A DNA stretch of 64,000 nucleotides, taken from the NCBI GenBank assembly GCA_963842565.1, contig CAWJGX010000011.1, positions 51,519-115,518 on the forward strand, in the 5' to 3' direction. Below, piece after piece: positions 52,023 to 61,568 of the stretch; positions within the stretch are counted from its first letter, which is position 1; every line of letters begins with the position of its first letter. The translations under genes were made by a program, and so were the position numbers. The notes under the pieces are model-generated. The model searched no databases. It had not been told where the DNA came from and saw only the letters and a list, made by a program, of their open reading frames with translations. The DNA comes from an uncultured Actinomycetota bacterium. GTDB lineage: Bacteria; Actinomycetota; Actinomycetes; Propionibacteriales; Nocardioidaceae.

Positions 52023-52793
52023 ATGGCTACGGACCACGTACAGACGATCGAGATCCCGATGACCGGCTCTGCCTCCGCGCAGGCCTACGTCGCCCGGCCG
52101 AGTGACCCGGATGGCGACGACACCGAGCACCCGGGCGTGCTGTTCTTCATGGATGCGATCGGGCTGCGTCCCCGCATCGCCGAGATGGCGCAGCGGATCG
52201 CCGACTGGGGCTACGTCGTGCTCGCGCCCAACGTCTTCCATCGCGAGGGACGCGCCGAGGAGCTCGCTCCGGAGGACGACCTGAGGGAGCCGGGTGCTCG
52301 CGAGGCCTTCTTCGAGAAGGCCATGCCTCGAGTGCAGGCGCTGACCCCGGACCTCGCCGAGCAGGACATCCCGATCTATCTCGCCGCGCTGCGCGGACTC
52401 GACGGCGTCTACGAGGACACGGTGGCCGCCGTCGGCTACTGCATGGGTGCCCGGCTCGCCGTACGCGCCGCTGGCCTGGACCCCGAGGTCGCCGCGGTCG
52501 GTGGCTTCCACGGCGGGGGACTCGTGACCGAGGACGAGCGCAGCCCGCACCGTGGCATCCCCCGCGCTCGGGCCGAGTTCCTCTTCGGACACGCGGACCA
52601 CGACCGCTCGATGCCACCCGAGGCCGTCGAGGAGCTGCGCCGCGTGCTCGACGAAGCCGGGCTGGCGGGGACCAGTGTCGTGTACGCCGGGGCGGCCCAC
52701 GGTTACACGATGGCCGACACCCCGATGTACGACGAGTCGGCCACCGAGCGTCACTTCATCGAGCTCGAGGAGCTCCTCGACCGGACGCTGTAG
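52023..52793 (+). CDS. Dienelactone hydrolase family
   Basis: MDAIGLRP, GYCMG, FHGG, AHGYT. Confidence 0.92.
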   Translation: MATDHVQTIEIPMTGSASAQAYVARPSDPDGDDTEHPGVLFFMDAIGLRPRIAEMAQRIADWGYVVLAPNVFHREGRAEELAPEDDLREPGAREAFFEKAMPRVQALTPDLAEQDIPIYLAALRGLDGVYEDTVAAVGYCMGARLAVRAAGLDPEVAAVGGFHGGGLVTEDERSPHRGIPRARAEFLFGHADHDRSMPPEAVEELRRVLDEAGLAGTSVVYAGAAHGYTMADTPMYDESATERHFIELEELLDRTL

Positions 52794-52796
52794 AGC

Positions 52797-52925
52797 TCAG
52801 CGGTCGATCCGGACGCACACGGCGGGGGCGAAGGTCGCCCGGGTCTCACGGCGGACCGTCTCGGCGACGGGCGGCAGGGGGTGGTTGGGCCAGCGGGCGG
52901 GGCCGAACCTCGATCGCCGGATCAT
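52797..52925 (-). CDS. Candidate 42-aa peptide coupled to the DUF4097 gene
   Basis: ATGA overlap with the DUF4097 stop; MIRRSRFGPARWPNHPLPPVAETVRRETRATFAPAVCVRIDR*; nearly all GC3 codons. Confidence 0.45.
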   Translation of the reverse strand: MIRRSRFGPARWPNHPLPPVAETVRRETRATFAPAVCVRIDR

Positions 52926-53759
52926 GAGCGGTGCACCCGGAGGTTGCCGCTCACGGTGTGGCCGGTGATCTCGACCCTGTGCTGACCCGGGCCGGGGGCC
53001 TCGGCCTCGCTGAGCTCCTGCCTGACCCGGCCGCTGACCGTGGACAGGTCCAGCCAGGCCGCGGTGCCCTGCTCGACGCCGATGCTGATGTCACCGCTGG
53101 CGCCGTTGGCGCGGACCGCGCCGGCACTCGCCCGGCGCACGGTGAGACTGCCCGAGCCGGCCTTGGTCACCAGCGAGCCGTCGAGCCGGCCGACCTCGAT
53201 GTCGCCGGAGCCGGTCTTGGTGATCACCTCGCCCACGAGCTCGCCGATGCTGATGTCGCCCGAGCCGGCGGTCAGCGTGGCGACGCGACCGCTCTGGTGC
53301 ACGGAGACGTCGCCCGAGCCGGTGGTGACCAGCAGGGTCTTGTCCACCTGTCCCGACCGACACCGTGCCCGACCCCGACTTCACCTTCGCGGTGCCGGTG
53401 ACCGTCTCGACGTCGACGTCCCCGGACCCGGTGGTCAGCACGGAGTTGCCGAAGGTGCCGATCGCGCGCACGTCGGAGGCGTCGGCCTTCACCTCGAGGT
53501 GGGTGCCCGTCGGGCAGCTGATCGTGACGCCCACCAGGGGTCCCTGCCGGAACAGCCCGGTGCGGTGCCGGGGCACGTCGACCACGACCGAGTCGCGCCG
53601 CTGCTCGACGCGTGCCTGGGCGACGGCCTCCTCCCCGGGGGAGTTGAGCGGGGTGAGCTCGACGGTGGTGACGTCGGTGTCCTCGGCGGTGATGGTGACG
53701 TGGCCCGCGCCGGCGCGGACGACGAGGGTGGTCCGGTCGGGTGTCTGGAAGGTGTGCAC
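52922..53759 (-). CDS. DUF4097 beta-strand repeat protein, frameshift near 53350
   Basis: Repeated TGSGDV/TAGSGDI motifs; MHTFQTP start with AGGAGAGG RBS. Confidence 0.88.
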
Positions 53760-53791
53760 GGTGCCTCTCCTGTTCGTCTCGGTGGCGTGGG

Positions 53792-54316
53792 TCATCGGAC
53801 CCACCCCCTGACCTGCTTGCGGCGGCCGGTGTCGCCGGTGACGGTGATCCGGTTGCTGCCGATCTCGAGGTCGACCCGGTGGCCGTCGAGGGCGTCCCGC
53901 ACGGCTTCGACCAGCCACGCGTTCAGCGACTGGCCGATCCGGGTGGCGGCCTCCTCGGCGCGCGCCTTGACCGACTCCGGCAGTCGCAGCGTGATCCGCG
54001 ACTGGTTGTCGTCCTCGGGCTCGGGTGGGCTCGGCGGTGCGGGCGGGGCCGGAGGCGCGGGTGGCTCGGCGGGCTCGAGGTGGGTGACCACGAACTCGGG
54101 CTCACGACCGCTCATCCGCACGTCGACCGACTCGTGGTCGAGCGCTCCGCTGATCTCGGCGGTGGCCTGCGAGAGCGCCTCGAGCAGCATCATCCGGGTG
54201 GCGGGATCCAGCGCGAGGGCCAGCCGCTCGGCGGCGGCCTGGGCCTCGGCGCCTCCCGCGGCAGCGGCGTCGGACAGGTCCTGGCGGAGTCGTTCGACGA
54301 AGGGGGTCAGTTCCAT
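53792..54316 (-). CDS. Ribbon-helix-helix (HicB-like/Arc-type) DNA-binding protein
   Basis: MELTPFVERLRQDL...ALSQATAEI...RITLRLPESVKARAEEAA...SLNAWLV...VRGWVR. Confidence 0.85.
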   Translation of the reverse strand: MELTPFVERLRQDLSDAAAAGGAEAQAAAERLALALDPATRMMLLEALSQATAEISGALDHESVDVRMSGREPEFVVTHLEPAEPPAPPAPPAPPSPPEPEDDNQSRITLRLPESVKARAEEAATRIGQSLNAWLVEAVRDALDGHRVDLEIGSNRITVTGDTGRRKQVRGWVR

Positions 54317-54377
54317 GACGCCATTGTGACATCACTATGACGTCATAACAAGGCAGATTTCCGAGATTCTGATGTCA
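54316..54377. promoter_or_regulatory. Array of TGAY-RYCA octamers with 11-bp period (RHH operator)
   Basis: TGACGCCA at 54316, TGACATCA at 54327, TGACGTCA at 54338, TGATGTCA at 54370. Confidence 0.7.
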
Positions 54378-54424
54378 CGATGCAGTCAGTGGTGACGCGT
54401 GCACGCGAGTGCCAAGGTGGTCCC

Positions 54425-54949
54425 GTGACCCAGAACCCGTTGCCGACCCGTGTCATCACCGCCGTCCAGGACAGTCCCGTCAGCCAGCTCCTCAACCGCG
54501 TGCTCACCAGCGTCACCGCGCCGTTCGTGCCCGCGGACGACTCGCCCGTGCGCACGGAGGTGCTCGGTCACGCGCTGCACCCGGTGCTCACCGACCTCCC
54601 GCTGGGCTGCTGGACGTCGGCCACGCTGATCGACCTGGTCGGCGGTCGCTCCGGCAGGTCGGCGGCCACCCGGCTCGTGGGCCTCGGCCTCCTCTCCGCC
54701 GGCCCGACGGCGTACGCCGGCCTCGCGTCCTGGAGCCGGCTGGAGGGTCCCGACCGTCGCCTGGGGGCGGTGCACGCGATCGGGAACGACGTGGCCATCG
54801 TGCTGTTCGCCGGCTCGTTCCTGGCCCGGGCCCGTGGGCAGCACGGGCGCGGCGTGCGCCTGGCGCTGCTGGGCAACCTCGCGACCGCGGCTGCGGGTCA
54901 TCTCGGTGGACACCTCGCCCTCGAACGGGGGACGGCGGACCGGCCGTGA
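54425..54949 (+). CDS. DUF2231 membrane protein
   Basis: LGHALHPVLTDLPLG, AVHAIGN, GHLGGHL. Confidence 0.85.
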   Translation: MTQNPLPTRVITAVQDSPVSQLLNRVLTSVTAPFVPADDSPVRTEVLGHALHPVLTDLPLGCWTSATLIDLVGGRSGRSAATRLVGLGLLSAGPTAYAGLASWSRLEGPDRRLGAVHAIGNDVAIVLFAGSFLARARGQHGRGVRLALLGNLATAAAGHLGGHLALERGTADRP

Positions 54950-56214
54950 GCGGTGAGATCCCGGGTCTGACGCGGTCCGAGCTCGAGGACCTGCAGCTCG
55001 AACGGCTGCGCGCGACGCTGCGATCGGCGTACGCGCACGTCCCGCACTACCGGCACGCCTTCGACGCGGCCGGGGTGACGCCGGACGACCTCACCGGGCT
55101 GGCAGACCTGGCCCGGTTCCCGTTCACGGCCAAGGCCGACCTGCGCGCGAACTACCCGTTCGGCATGTTCGCGGTCCCGCGCGAGCAGGTGGTGCGCGTG
55201 CACGCGTCCAGCGGTACGACGGGCAAGCCGACCGTCGTGGGCTACACCCGGGAAGACATCGACACCTGGTCCGAGCTGATGGCCCGGTCGATCCGGGCAG
55301 CCGGTGGGCGCCCCGGGGACGTGTGCCACGTGGCCTACGGCTACGGCCTGTTCACCGGCGGGCTCGGGGCCCACTACGGGGCCGAGCGCCTCGGCTGCAC
55401 GGTCGTCCCGGTCAGCGGTGGGATGACCGAGCGACAGGTACAGCTCATCCTCGACTTCGAGCCGCGGATCATCATGGTGACGCCGTCGTACTTCCTCAGC
55501 GTGCTCGACGAGCTCGAGGCGCAGGGCGTCGACCCGCGCAGCACGTCGCTCGAGATCGGCATCTTCGGGGCCGAGCCGTGGACCGACGAGATGCGCCGCA
55601 GCGTCGAGGAGCGGAGCGGGATCCGGGCGGTCGACATCTACGGGCTCTCCGAGGTGATGGGTCCCGGCGTCAGCCAGGAGGCGGGGGAGACCCAGGACGG
55701 GCTGCACGTCTGGGAGGACCACTTCCTGCCCGAGATCATCGACCCGGTCACCCACGAGGTGCTGCCCGACGGCGAGGAGGGCGAGCTGGTGTTCACCTCG
55801 CTGACCAAGCAGGCGATGCCGGTGATCCGCTACCGGACGCGTGACCTGACCCGGCTGCTGCCCGGCAGCGCGTTCCCGGCCTTCCGGCGGATGCAGAAGG
55901 TCACCGGCCGCACCGACGACATGATGATCGTGCGCGGGGTCAACGTGTTCCCGTCCCAGATCGAGGAACACATCCTGGCGATCGAGGGACTCACCCCGCA
56001 CTACCTGTGCGTGCTCACCCGCCCCGGCAACCTCGACGAGCTGACGGTCCAGGTCGAGCACGCTGTCGACGCCGACCCCTCGCAGGGGTTGGGAGCCGCT
56101 CTCGCCGAGCGGATCAAGCAGCGCATCGGCGTGACGGCGTCGGTCGAGGTGCTGGCCCCGCACGCCCTCGAGCGCTCGCTCGGCAAGGCCAAGCGGATCA
56201 GCGACCAGCGCTAG
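54946..56214 (+). CDS. paaK: Phenylacetate-CoA ligase
   Basis: YPFGMFAVP, HASSGTTGKP, YGYGLFTGGLG, DIYGLSE, RYRTRD, GKAKR. Confidence 0.96.
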   Translation: MSGEIPGLTRSELEDLQLERLRATLRSAYAHVPHYRHAFDAAGVTPDDLTGLADLARFPFTAKADLRANYPFGMFAVPREQVVRVHASSGTTGKPTVVGYTREDIDTWSELMARSIRAAGGRPGDVCHVAYGYGLFTGGLGAHYGAERLGCTVVPVSGGMTERQVQLILDFEPRIIMVTPSYFLSVLDELEAQGVDPRSTSLEIGIFGAEPWTDEMRRSVEERSGIRAVDIYGLSEVMGPGVSQEAGETQDGLHVWEDHFLPEIIDPVTHEVLPDGEEGELVFTSLTKQAMPVIRYRTRDLTRLLPGSAFPAFRRMQKVTGRTDDMMIVRGVNVFPSQIEEHILAIEGLTPHYLCVLTRPGNLDELTVQVEHAVDADPSQGLGAALAERIKQRIGVTASVEVLAPHALERSLGKAKRISDQR

Positions 56215-56217
56215 CGG

Positions 56218-58695
56218 TCACCAGCCCACGCCGAAGCTGAGCATCGGCACCACGTCGTCGGCGCCGGCGCAGACCTCGGCCAGCGCGTCGGCGGGCGCGG
56301 TGCCGCGCGCCACCAGCGTGTGCCAACGGCCCATCGCCTCGCAGGCCACGTCGTCGGCGATCAGCACGGGGGAGGAGAGCACGGTGCGCGCCCCGGCGTG
56401 CAGCCAGGCCGCCGACATCCCGATCGCCTCCTCGCCCGAGCGCACCGTGACCCGGCCGAGCTCGCAGGCCGAGAGCACCACCGTCGACGGTGCGCGGGGG
56501 AGCAGGTCGATGTCGTAGCCGAACCACGGGCCGTCGGCGAGCTCGACCGCCGAGAAGAGCGGGTTCTCGCCCGTGTGCCGGCCGTGGCCGGCGAGGTGCA
56601 GCACGTCGACCTCGGCGGCCAGCTCGGCCACCCGGGCAGCGGTCGCGTCGTCGTCGCAGAGCACCCGGGCCTCCTTCCAGGCGGCCGCCCCTCGGGCCAC
56701 CTCCTCCGGTCCCCGCGCGACACCCGGACCCGCCACCAGCCCGACGCGTCCGGTGCCGAGGAGCTGCCACTGCCGCAGGTCGTGCCAGCGGCTGGCGCTG
56801 GTGGGGATGGTGAGCGGGCGACCGCGGAGGCCCGGGAGCAGCGACCAGGGCGTCCCGGCCAGCGACCCGGACGGGGTGAGCACGAGCCGGCGGTCGCCGA
56901 GGTGTGGCAGCAGTGGCGTCACCAGCTGGTCGGCGACCCGGTCGAGCCGCACGCGCAGGGTCGCGCGCACCTGCTCACCGAGCGGGCCGGAGCGGTGCGC
57001 CGCGGCCATGGTCAGGTCCGAGGTCAGACCGTCGAGGCGGTCGCGCAGGCCGTCCACCTGACCGAGGTCGAGCACCAACGCGTCGTCCGGGGTGACGACC
57101 AGCGCGGCCACCCGACCCTTGACGACGAGGTGGGCCACCGTGGCGGCGTCGTCCTGCTCGAGCGCCGACTGCAGCTCCCGGAGGCTGACCGGGTCGGTGA
57201 CCACACCCGCCCCGGCGCCGTACCACCGACGCTGGCGGACGCGCTGGCGCAGCTCCTCGGCCCGCCGTCCCCCCGGCGTACGCCGACCCGCCTGGCCACC
57301 CTGCCCCGCAGCCTGCAACAACCGCAGCTCGGTGAGGTCGGAGGCGACCTGCTCGTCGGCGGGAGGTCGCACCGGCGAGACCCGGCCGACCAGGGCGCGG
57401 GCCCGCTCGGACCACTCGAAGACGAGCGCCGGGTCGCCCTGGGCGAGGGCGAGCGCCAGCCCGTGCCGGGCCAGGCTGCGACCGTGGCCGACGAGGGTGC
57501 TCTGCAGGTCGAGGCTGCCGAAGGACGACTGCCACGCGTGCAGGTCGTCCAGCCCGGCGCGGACGTGGTCGCGGGCGTGCCGTCCGTCACCCCTGGCCTC
57601 GGCGAGCTCGGCACGCACCTCCCGCCAGAGCAGCCTCGTGGTCACCGGCGAGCTGGGACCGAGGCGCACTCCGTCCAGGCGGGTCTTGGCGTCCTCGAGG
57701 TCTCCCCGCATCACGCTGACCCGGGCCCCCTGCAGCTGGACGACGGTGGCGTCGTTCTTCAGGCCACTGCGTCGCAGGTCGGCGACCAGGGCGTCGACCC
57801 GGTTGAGCAGCGATGCGGCGTGGCCGCCGGCCGAGATCTCTGCGACGAGCGCAGCAGCGTCCGCCAGCAACGCGCGCCCGGGGCTGGCCTGCCCGCGGAA
57901 GCGCCGGGCCGCGCGTCGCGCGACCACGCGCGCGCGGCTGGGGTCCTGACGCAGCATCGTCCACGAGAGGGTCAGCTCGCACTCGGCCTGGAAGGTGCGC
58001 AGGCGTCGCGACCCGTACGCGTTCGCGGCCGTTCCCAGTGCCTGGATCGCCTCGCGGGGTCGGCCGGCAGCGGTGAGGACCTCGGCACGATCCTGCTCGA
58101 CGGTGGCGCGGTAGGCGGGTGACAGCGGGGCCAGGACCTCACCGGCCTCGTCGATCGCCTGCATGGCCCCGACCAGGTCTCCGGCGAGGAGCCGGGCGTA
58201 GCCCAGGTTGTGCTCGGCCTTGGCCTGCTCCACCGTGTTCTCCGCCAGGGCGAGGGCGTCGCGTGCGTGGCTGAAGTCGGCCACGGCGGCGGGGACGTCG
58301 CCGCGCTGCAGGTGCACGTTGCCACGGTTGATGAAGACCAGCCCGAGGTCGGCATGGCCCGGAGGGCAGCAGGGCGAGGGCCTCCTGGAAACGCGTCCAG
58401 GGCCCGGTGACCGTCGCCGGTGCGCATCCGCAGCAGGCCGACCTGGGCCCAGATCAGGCCGCGCGTCTCGTCCGGCCAGTCCGTCCCGCTCGAGCAGGTC
58501 GCGGCACCTGTCGACCGCGTCGGCCGCGTCACCGGTCTCGGCCTCGCGTAGGCACGGGTGAGGTCGATGCGCGCCGACAGGTCCGGGTCGCTCGGTCGTC
58601 TCGGCTGCGCGATCGAGCAAGCGGATCGCCCGGGCGAAGGCGCCGCTGTTGACGGCCAACTTCGCCCGCTCGTGCAGTTCCGCTGCCCCCGGCAT
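56218..58695 (-). CDS. TPR-CHAT caspase-like protease (compensating indels near the N-terminus)
   Basis: TPR-like helices (INRGNVHLQRGD, AEHNLGYARLLAGD); CHAT dyad LHLAGHG and VVLSAC. Confidence 0.9.
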   Translation of the reverse strand: MPGAAELHERAKLAVNSGAFARAIRLLDRAAETTERPGPVGAHRPHPCLREAETGDAADAVDRCRDLLERDGLAGRDARPDLGPGRPAADAHRRRSPGPGRVSRRPSPCCPPGHADLGLVFINRGNVHLQRGDVPAAVADFSHARDALALAENTVEQAKAEHNLGYARLLAGDLVGAMQAIDEAGEVLAPLSPAYRATVEQDRAEVLTAAGRPREAIQALGTAANAYGSRRLRTFQAECELTLSWTMLRQDPSRARVVARRAARRFRGQASPGRALLADAAALVAEISAGGHAASLLNRVDALVADLRRSGLKNDATVVQLQGARVSVMRGDLEDAKTRLDGVRLGPSSPVTTRLLWREVRAELAEARGDGRHARDHVRAGLDDLHAWQSSFGSLDLQSTLVGHGRSLARHGLALALAQGDPALVFEWSERARALVGRVSPVRPPADEQVASDLTELRLLQAAGQGGQAGRRTPGGRRAEELRQRVRQRRWYGAGAGVVTDPVSLRELQSALEQDDAATVAHLVVKGRVAALVVTPDDALVLDLGQVDGLRDRLDGLTSDLTMAAAHRSGPLGEQVRATLRVRLDRVADQLVTPLLPHLGDRRLVLTPSGSLAGTPWSLLPGLRGRPLTIPTSASRWHDLRQWQLLGTGRVGLVAGPGVARGPEEVARGAAAWKEARVLCDDDATAARVAELAAEVDVLHLAGHGRHTGENPLFSAVELADGPWFGYDIDLLPRAPSTVVLSACELGRVTVRSGEEAIGMSAAWLHAGARTVLSSPVLIADDVACEAMGRWHTLVARGTAPADALAEVCAGADDVVPMLSFGVGW

Positions 58696-58702
58696 GCCCT
58701 CA

Positions 58703-60346
58703 TCATGGCCTCACTTCGGTGAGCGCCGTCAATGCCTTCCAGGTGCGGGCGACCGCGTCCTTGCGTCGGTCCGGGTCCTCGGTGATCGTGTCCACGAGCT
58801 TGGCAGCCACCTGTCCGGCGAACAACGGCGCCGAGAACGAGGTGCCGCTCCACAGGGCGAAGGACCCGCTGAAGTCGTCGGGGTCGATCGACTCCCGCGT
58901 GCGCATGTACGCCTCACTGCGTGCCTGGGGCTGCTGGCCACCCTGGAAGCTGGGCGGCAGGGTGCTCATCAGCGCGGCCCCCGGTGCGTAGGCGCGCACC
59001 CACGGGCCGGAGTTGCTGAACAGCGCGTCGGTGCCGTTGGGGTTCAGCGCACCGACGGACACGACGGGGACGACGTCCTTCTCGGCCTTGATCTCGCCCT
59101 GGCCGTCCGCCCAGGGCGCGAACGCTGCCGGGAACATCGGCCGCGCCGTCGCGTCGTTGCCGGCCGAGCAGACGACGGAGACGCCGCACTCCCCGAGCGT
59201 GCGCAGGACGTCGTACATCGTCTTGTCGAAGAGCACGTCCTCCGGCGTCTCGTGGTAGTAGCCGATCGAGAGGCTCAGCACGTCGATCGGGTGGCCGCCG
59301 TCCTCGCCGTCGCGGTGACGCCTGGCCAGCTCGGCGATGCCCTTGAGCGCCTTGACGAGGTCGCTCTCCACGATCGGCCCGTCGGACCCGACGACCCGCC
59401 AGGCCACGATGTCCGCGTCGGGACAGGCCTGGTGGATCAGCCCGGCGATGAAGGTGCCGTGTCCGGCGAGCGGGTCGATGCCGCCGTCGAGGGCGCCGAC
59501 CTGGTCGAACCACTTCTCGGGGTCGGTCTGGTCGTCGACGTAGCCGATCGGTCGCTTGCCGAGGGCCGGTCCGGGCTTGACCACGCCGACCAGCCAGGGG
59601 TGCTTGCCACATCCTGTGTCCAGGGTGGCCACCACGGGTCGACGACCCACGATCTCGTCGTCGGGCCGGCGCACCGGCATCGGTCCGGCGTACATCATCG
59701 GCTGGCGGCCGCCGCTGCCGGCGATTCCGTAGGACGACACGGCCGCCGACGAGTCGGCACGCGCCGGCACCGTGGGTGGAGTGGAAGGGGTGGGGCTGTG
59801 GAACGGCTCGGCCCCGATGCTGCGCACCAGGACGATGTGGTCGAGCCCGACGTGCCTCATCGCCGGGATCCCGTACTGCGCCCGCGCGTTCTGGAGCAGC
59901 ACCCAGCCGTCGGGCGCCATCGAGGCCCGCTCCTGGTCGCGCACGGTCAGGTCGAGCCGGATCACGCCCGGGATCTGTCCGGCTCGGTACTCGTCGTCCG
60001 ACTCGTCTCCCTGCTCGTCGTCGTCGTGGTGGATCGTCGCCACCCAGCCGAGACCGGCCGCCACCTGCTCCAGCCGGTCGATGACGGTGGCCGTGTCCGC
60101 GGACTCGGAGATGATCAGCCGCGGCCCGACGTACACCGTGCTCCGGGGGCGCACGCCCTTCACCGAGAGAGCCGTCCCGGGATCGAGCACGCGGCCGTCG
60201 ACCTGGTCGAGCACCTGCCGCGGCGGCACGAACGGTTCGCGGGTCGCTGACAGCGCCGACTGCCGACTCGCTGCCACCGGCGACTGTGCAGGCGTGCTGC
60301 TCGGGCGTGCTGACTGGTCGCCGGACGGGGGCGGGTTGGCTGCCAT
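58703..60346 (-). CDS. S8/S53 subtilisin-like serine protease without signal peptide
   Basis: Triad ATLDTG, AGHGTFIAG, WSGTSFSAP; oxyanion SAGN. Confidence 0.93.
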   Translation of the reverse strand: MAANPPPSGDQSARPSSTPAQSPVAASRQSALSATREPFVPPRQVLDQVDGRVLDPGTALSVKGVRPRSTVYVGPRLIISESADTATVIDRLEQVAAGLGWVATIHHDDDEQGDESDDEYRAGQIPGVIRLDLTVRDQERASMAPDGWVLLQNARAQYGIPAMRHVGLDHIVLVRSIGAEPFHSPTPSTPPTVPARADSSAAVSSYGIAGSGGRQPMMYAGPMPVRRPDDEIVGRRPVVATLDTGCGKHPWLVGVVKPGPALGKRPIGYVDDQTDPEKWFDQVGALDGGIDPLAGHGTFIAGLIHQACPDADIVAWRVVGSDGPIVESDLVKALKGIAELARRHRDGEDGGHPIDVLSLSIGYYHETPEDVLFDKTMYDVLRTLGECGVSVVCSAGNDATARPMFPAAFAPWADGQGEIKAEKDVVPVVSVGALNPNGTDALFSNSGPWVRAYAPGAALMSTLPPSFQGGQQPQARSEAYMRTRESIDPDDFSGSFALWSGTSFSAPLFAGQVAAKLVDTITEDPDRRKDAVARTWKALTALTEVRP

Positions 60347-60355
60347 GGAGACTCC

Positions 60356-60874
60356 TCAGATCCAGAAGGGTGGCGTGACGCGCGGCCTGGCCACGCGGTC
60401 CGGGTCGGCGTCGACATCGATGAAGGTGAGTCGGGTGAGTCCCGTGGGCACGGAGCTGAACTCGAAGCGGCCGAACTCGTCGGCCTCGACCTGCAACGGC
60501 TCGGTGCTGCCCTCGGCGGAGAGCCGCACGGTGAGCGCCTGGGCCGGCACCACCCAGCCGTCCACGCGGGTGTGGTCCTCGATCCGGGTGAGTCGCACGT
60601 GGACCTGGAGGTCGCCGCCCTCGTACTCCAGCGACCAGGTCCCGGCCTCGTCCCCCCGCTCGGGCGCCGCATGGCGTACGCCGGCCAGCGCGTCGTCCGA
60701 GGTCTCCACCAGCGTGAGCAGCTCGAACTCGAGGTCCTCGGCGGCGATCCGCGCGAGAGCACCCTCGGCCAGACCTTCGGGAGGGGGGTCCATCTGTGCC
60801 CAGATCCGCGAGACGGCTGCCAGCAGGGCCACGTCGTCGGGTTGGTCGGTGAGCTCGGTGTGGTCGTTCATCAT
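60356..60874 (-). CDS. Putative anti-sigma/partner with C-terminal carboxypeptidase-regulatory-like beta domain
   Basis: DPPPEGL...LAGVR...RVDGWVVP...ADEFGRFEF..VP.G..RL...VTPPF; ATGA overlap with the sigma gene. Confidence 0.75.
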   Translation of the reverse strand: MMNDHTELTDQPDDVALLAAVSRIWAQMDPPPEGLAEGALARIAAEDLEFELLTLVETSDDALAGVRHAAPERGDEAGTWSLEYEGGDLQVHVRLTRIEDHTRVDGWVVPAQALTVRLSAEGSTEPLQVEADEFGRFEFSSVPTGLTRLTFIDVDADPDRVARPRVTPPFWI

Positions 60875-61452
60875 CGCCCGCCTGCCTGCGCCAGCTCGCG
60901 CCGGAGCTTGTCGAGGCACCGACCCCGGGTGGGGCCGATGCTGCCCACCGGCATGCCGAGCTCGGTGGCGATCGCGGAGTAGTCGGGTCGCGACTCCGCA
61001 GCGACGATCCGCAGCAGCTTCTGGCAGCGCTCGGACAGCTTGCCCAGGCAGTCCCACAGCCGGGCGTTGTCGTCGTCCAGCACGACCTGCCCCTCCGGCG
61101 CCGGCGCGTCAGGCAACCGGCGCGCGATCACCTCGTCCTCGACGGGCCGTTGGCGGCCGGTCTGGCGCGAGACCCGCCAGGCCTCGCGACGCGCGGCGGT
61201 GCACAACCACCCGGCCACGGCCCGCGGTTGCGTGATCGAGTCACCGGAGCGGACCAGCGTCAGCCACGTCGTCTGCACGACGTCCTCGGCCGTGGCCCGG
61301 TCGAGCCCGCTCGCGCGCACGACCTGCCAGAGCATGGGACTGAGCAGACGCACCAGGTCGTCCAGGGCCGCGGGCTCGCCGTCGCGCCACCGCTGGAACA
61401 GGCTGGCGGAGGTCTCCCACAACGATGGCGTCTCGGTGGGTAGTTCTGACAT
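60871..61452 (-). CDS. ECF-type RNA polymerase sigma-70 factor
   Basis: Region 2 AEDVVQTTWL..., GWLCTAARRE; region 4 LSERCQKLL...YSAIATELGMPVGSIGPTRGRCLDKLR. Confidence 0.93.
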   Translation of the reverse strand: MSELPTETPSLWETSASLFQRWRDGEPAALDDLVRLLSPMLWQVVRASGLDRATAEDVVQTTWLTLVRSGDSITQPRAVAGWLCTAARREAWRVSRQTGRQRPVEDEVIARRLPDAPAPEGQVVLDDDNARLWDCLGKLSERCQKLLRIVAAESRPDYSAIATELGMPVGSIGPTRGRCLDKLRRELAQAGGR

Positions 61453-61469
61453 GGTGTCCACACCTCCCC

Positions 61470-61496
61470 AGAGCGGAGCGCGAGCCGCCAGATACA
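61470..61496 (-). promoter_or_regulatory. Putative autoregulatory ECF promoter TGTATC-N16-GCTCT
   Basis: Immediately upstream of the sigma gene GGAGG RBS. Confidence 0.5.
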
Positions 61497-61568
61497 TCCT
61501 GCCCTGAGCGGCGCCCGCGACGCGAGACGTGGCGAAAGACAATCGCCTTCGTGGCCCTTCGTGGCGCG

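Noticed and set aside
53792-54316. Toxin-antitoxin system
   Set aside because: No HicA or other toxin is adjacent; it looks like a stand-alone RHH autoregulator.
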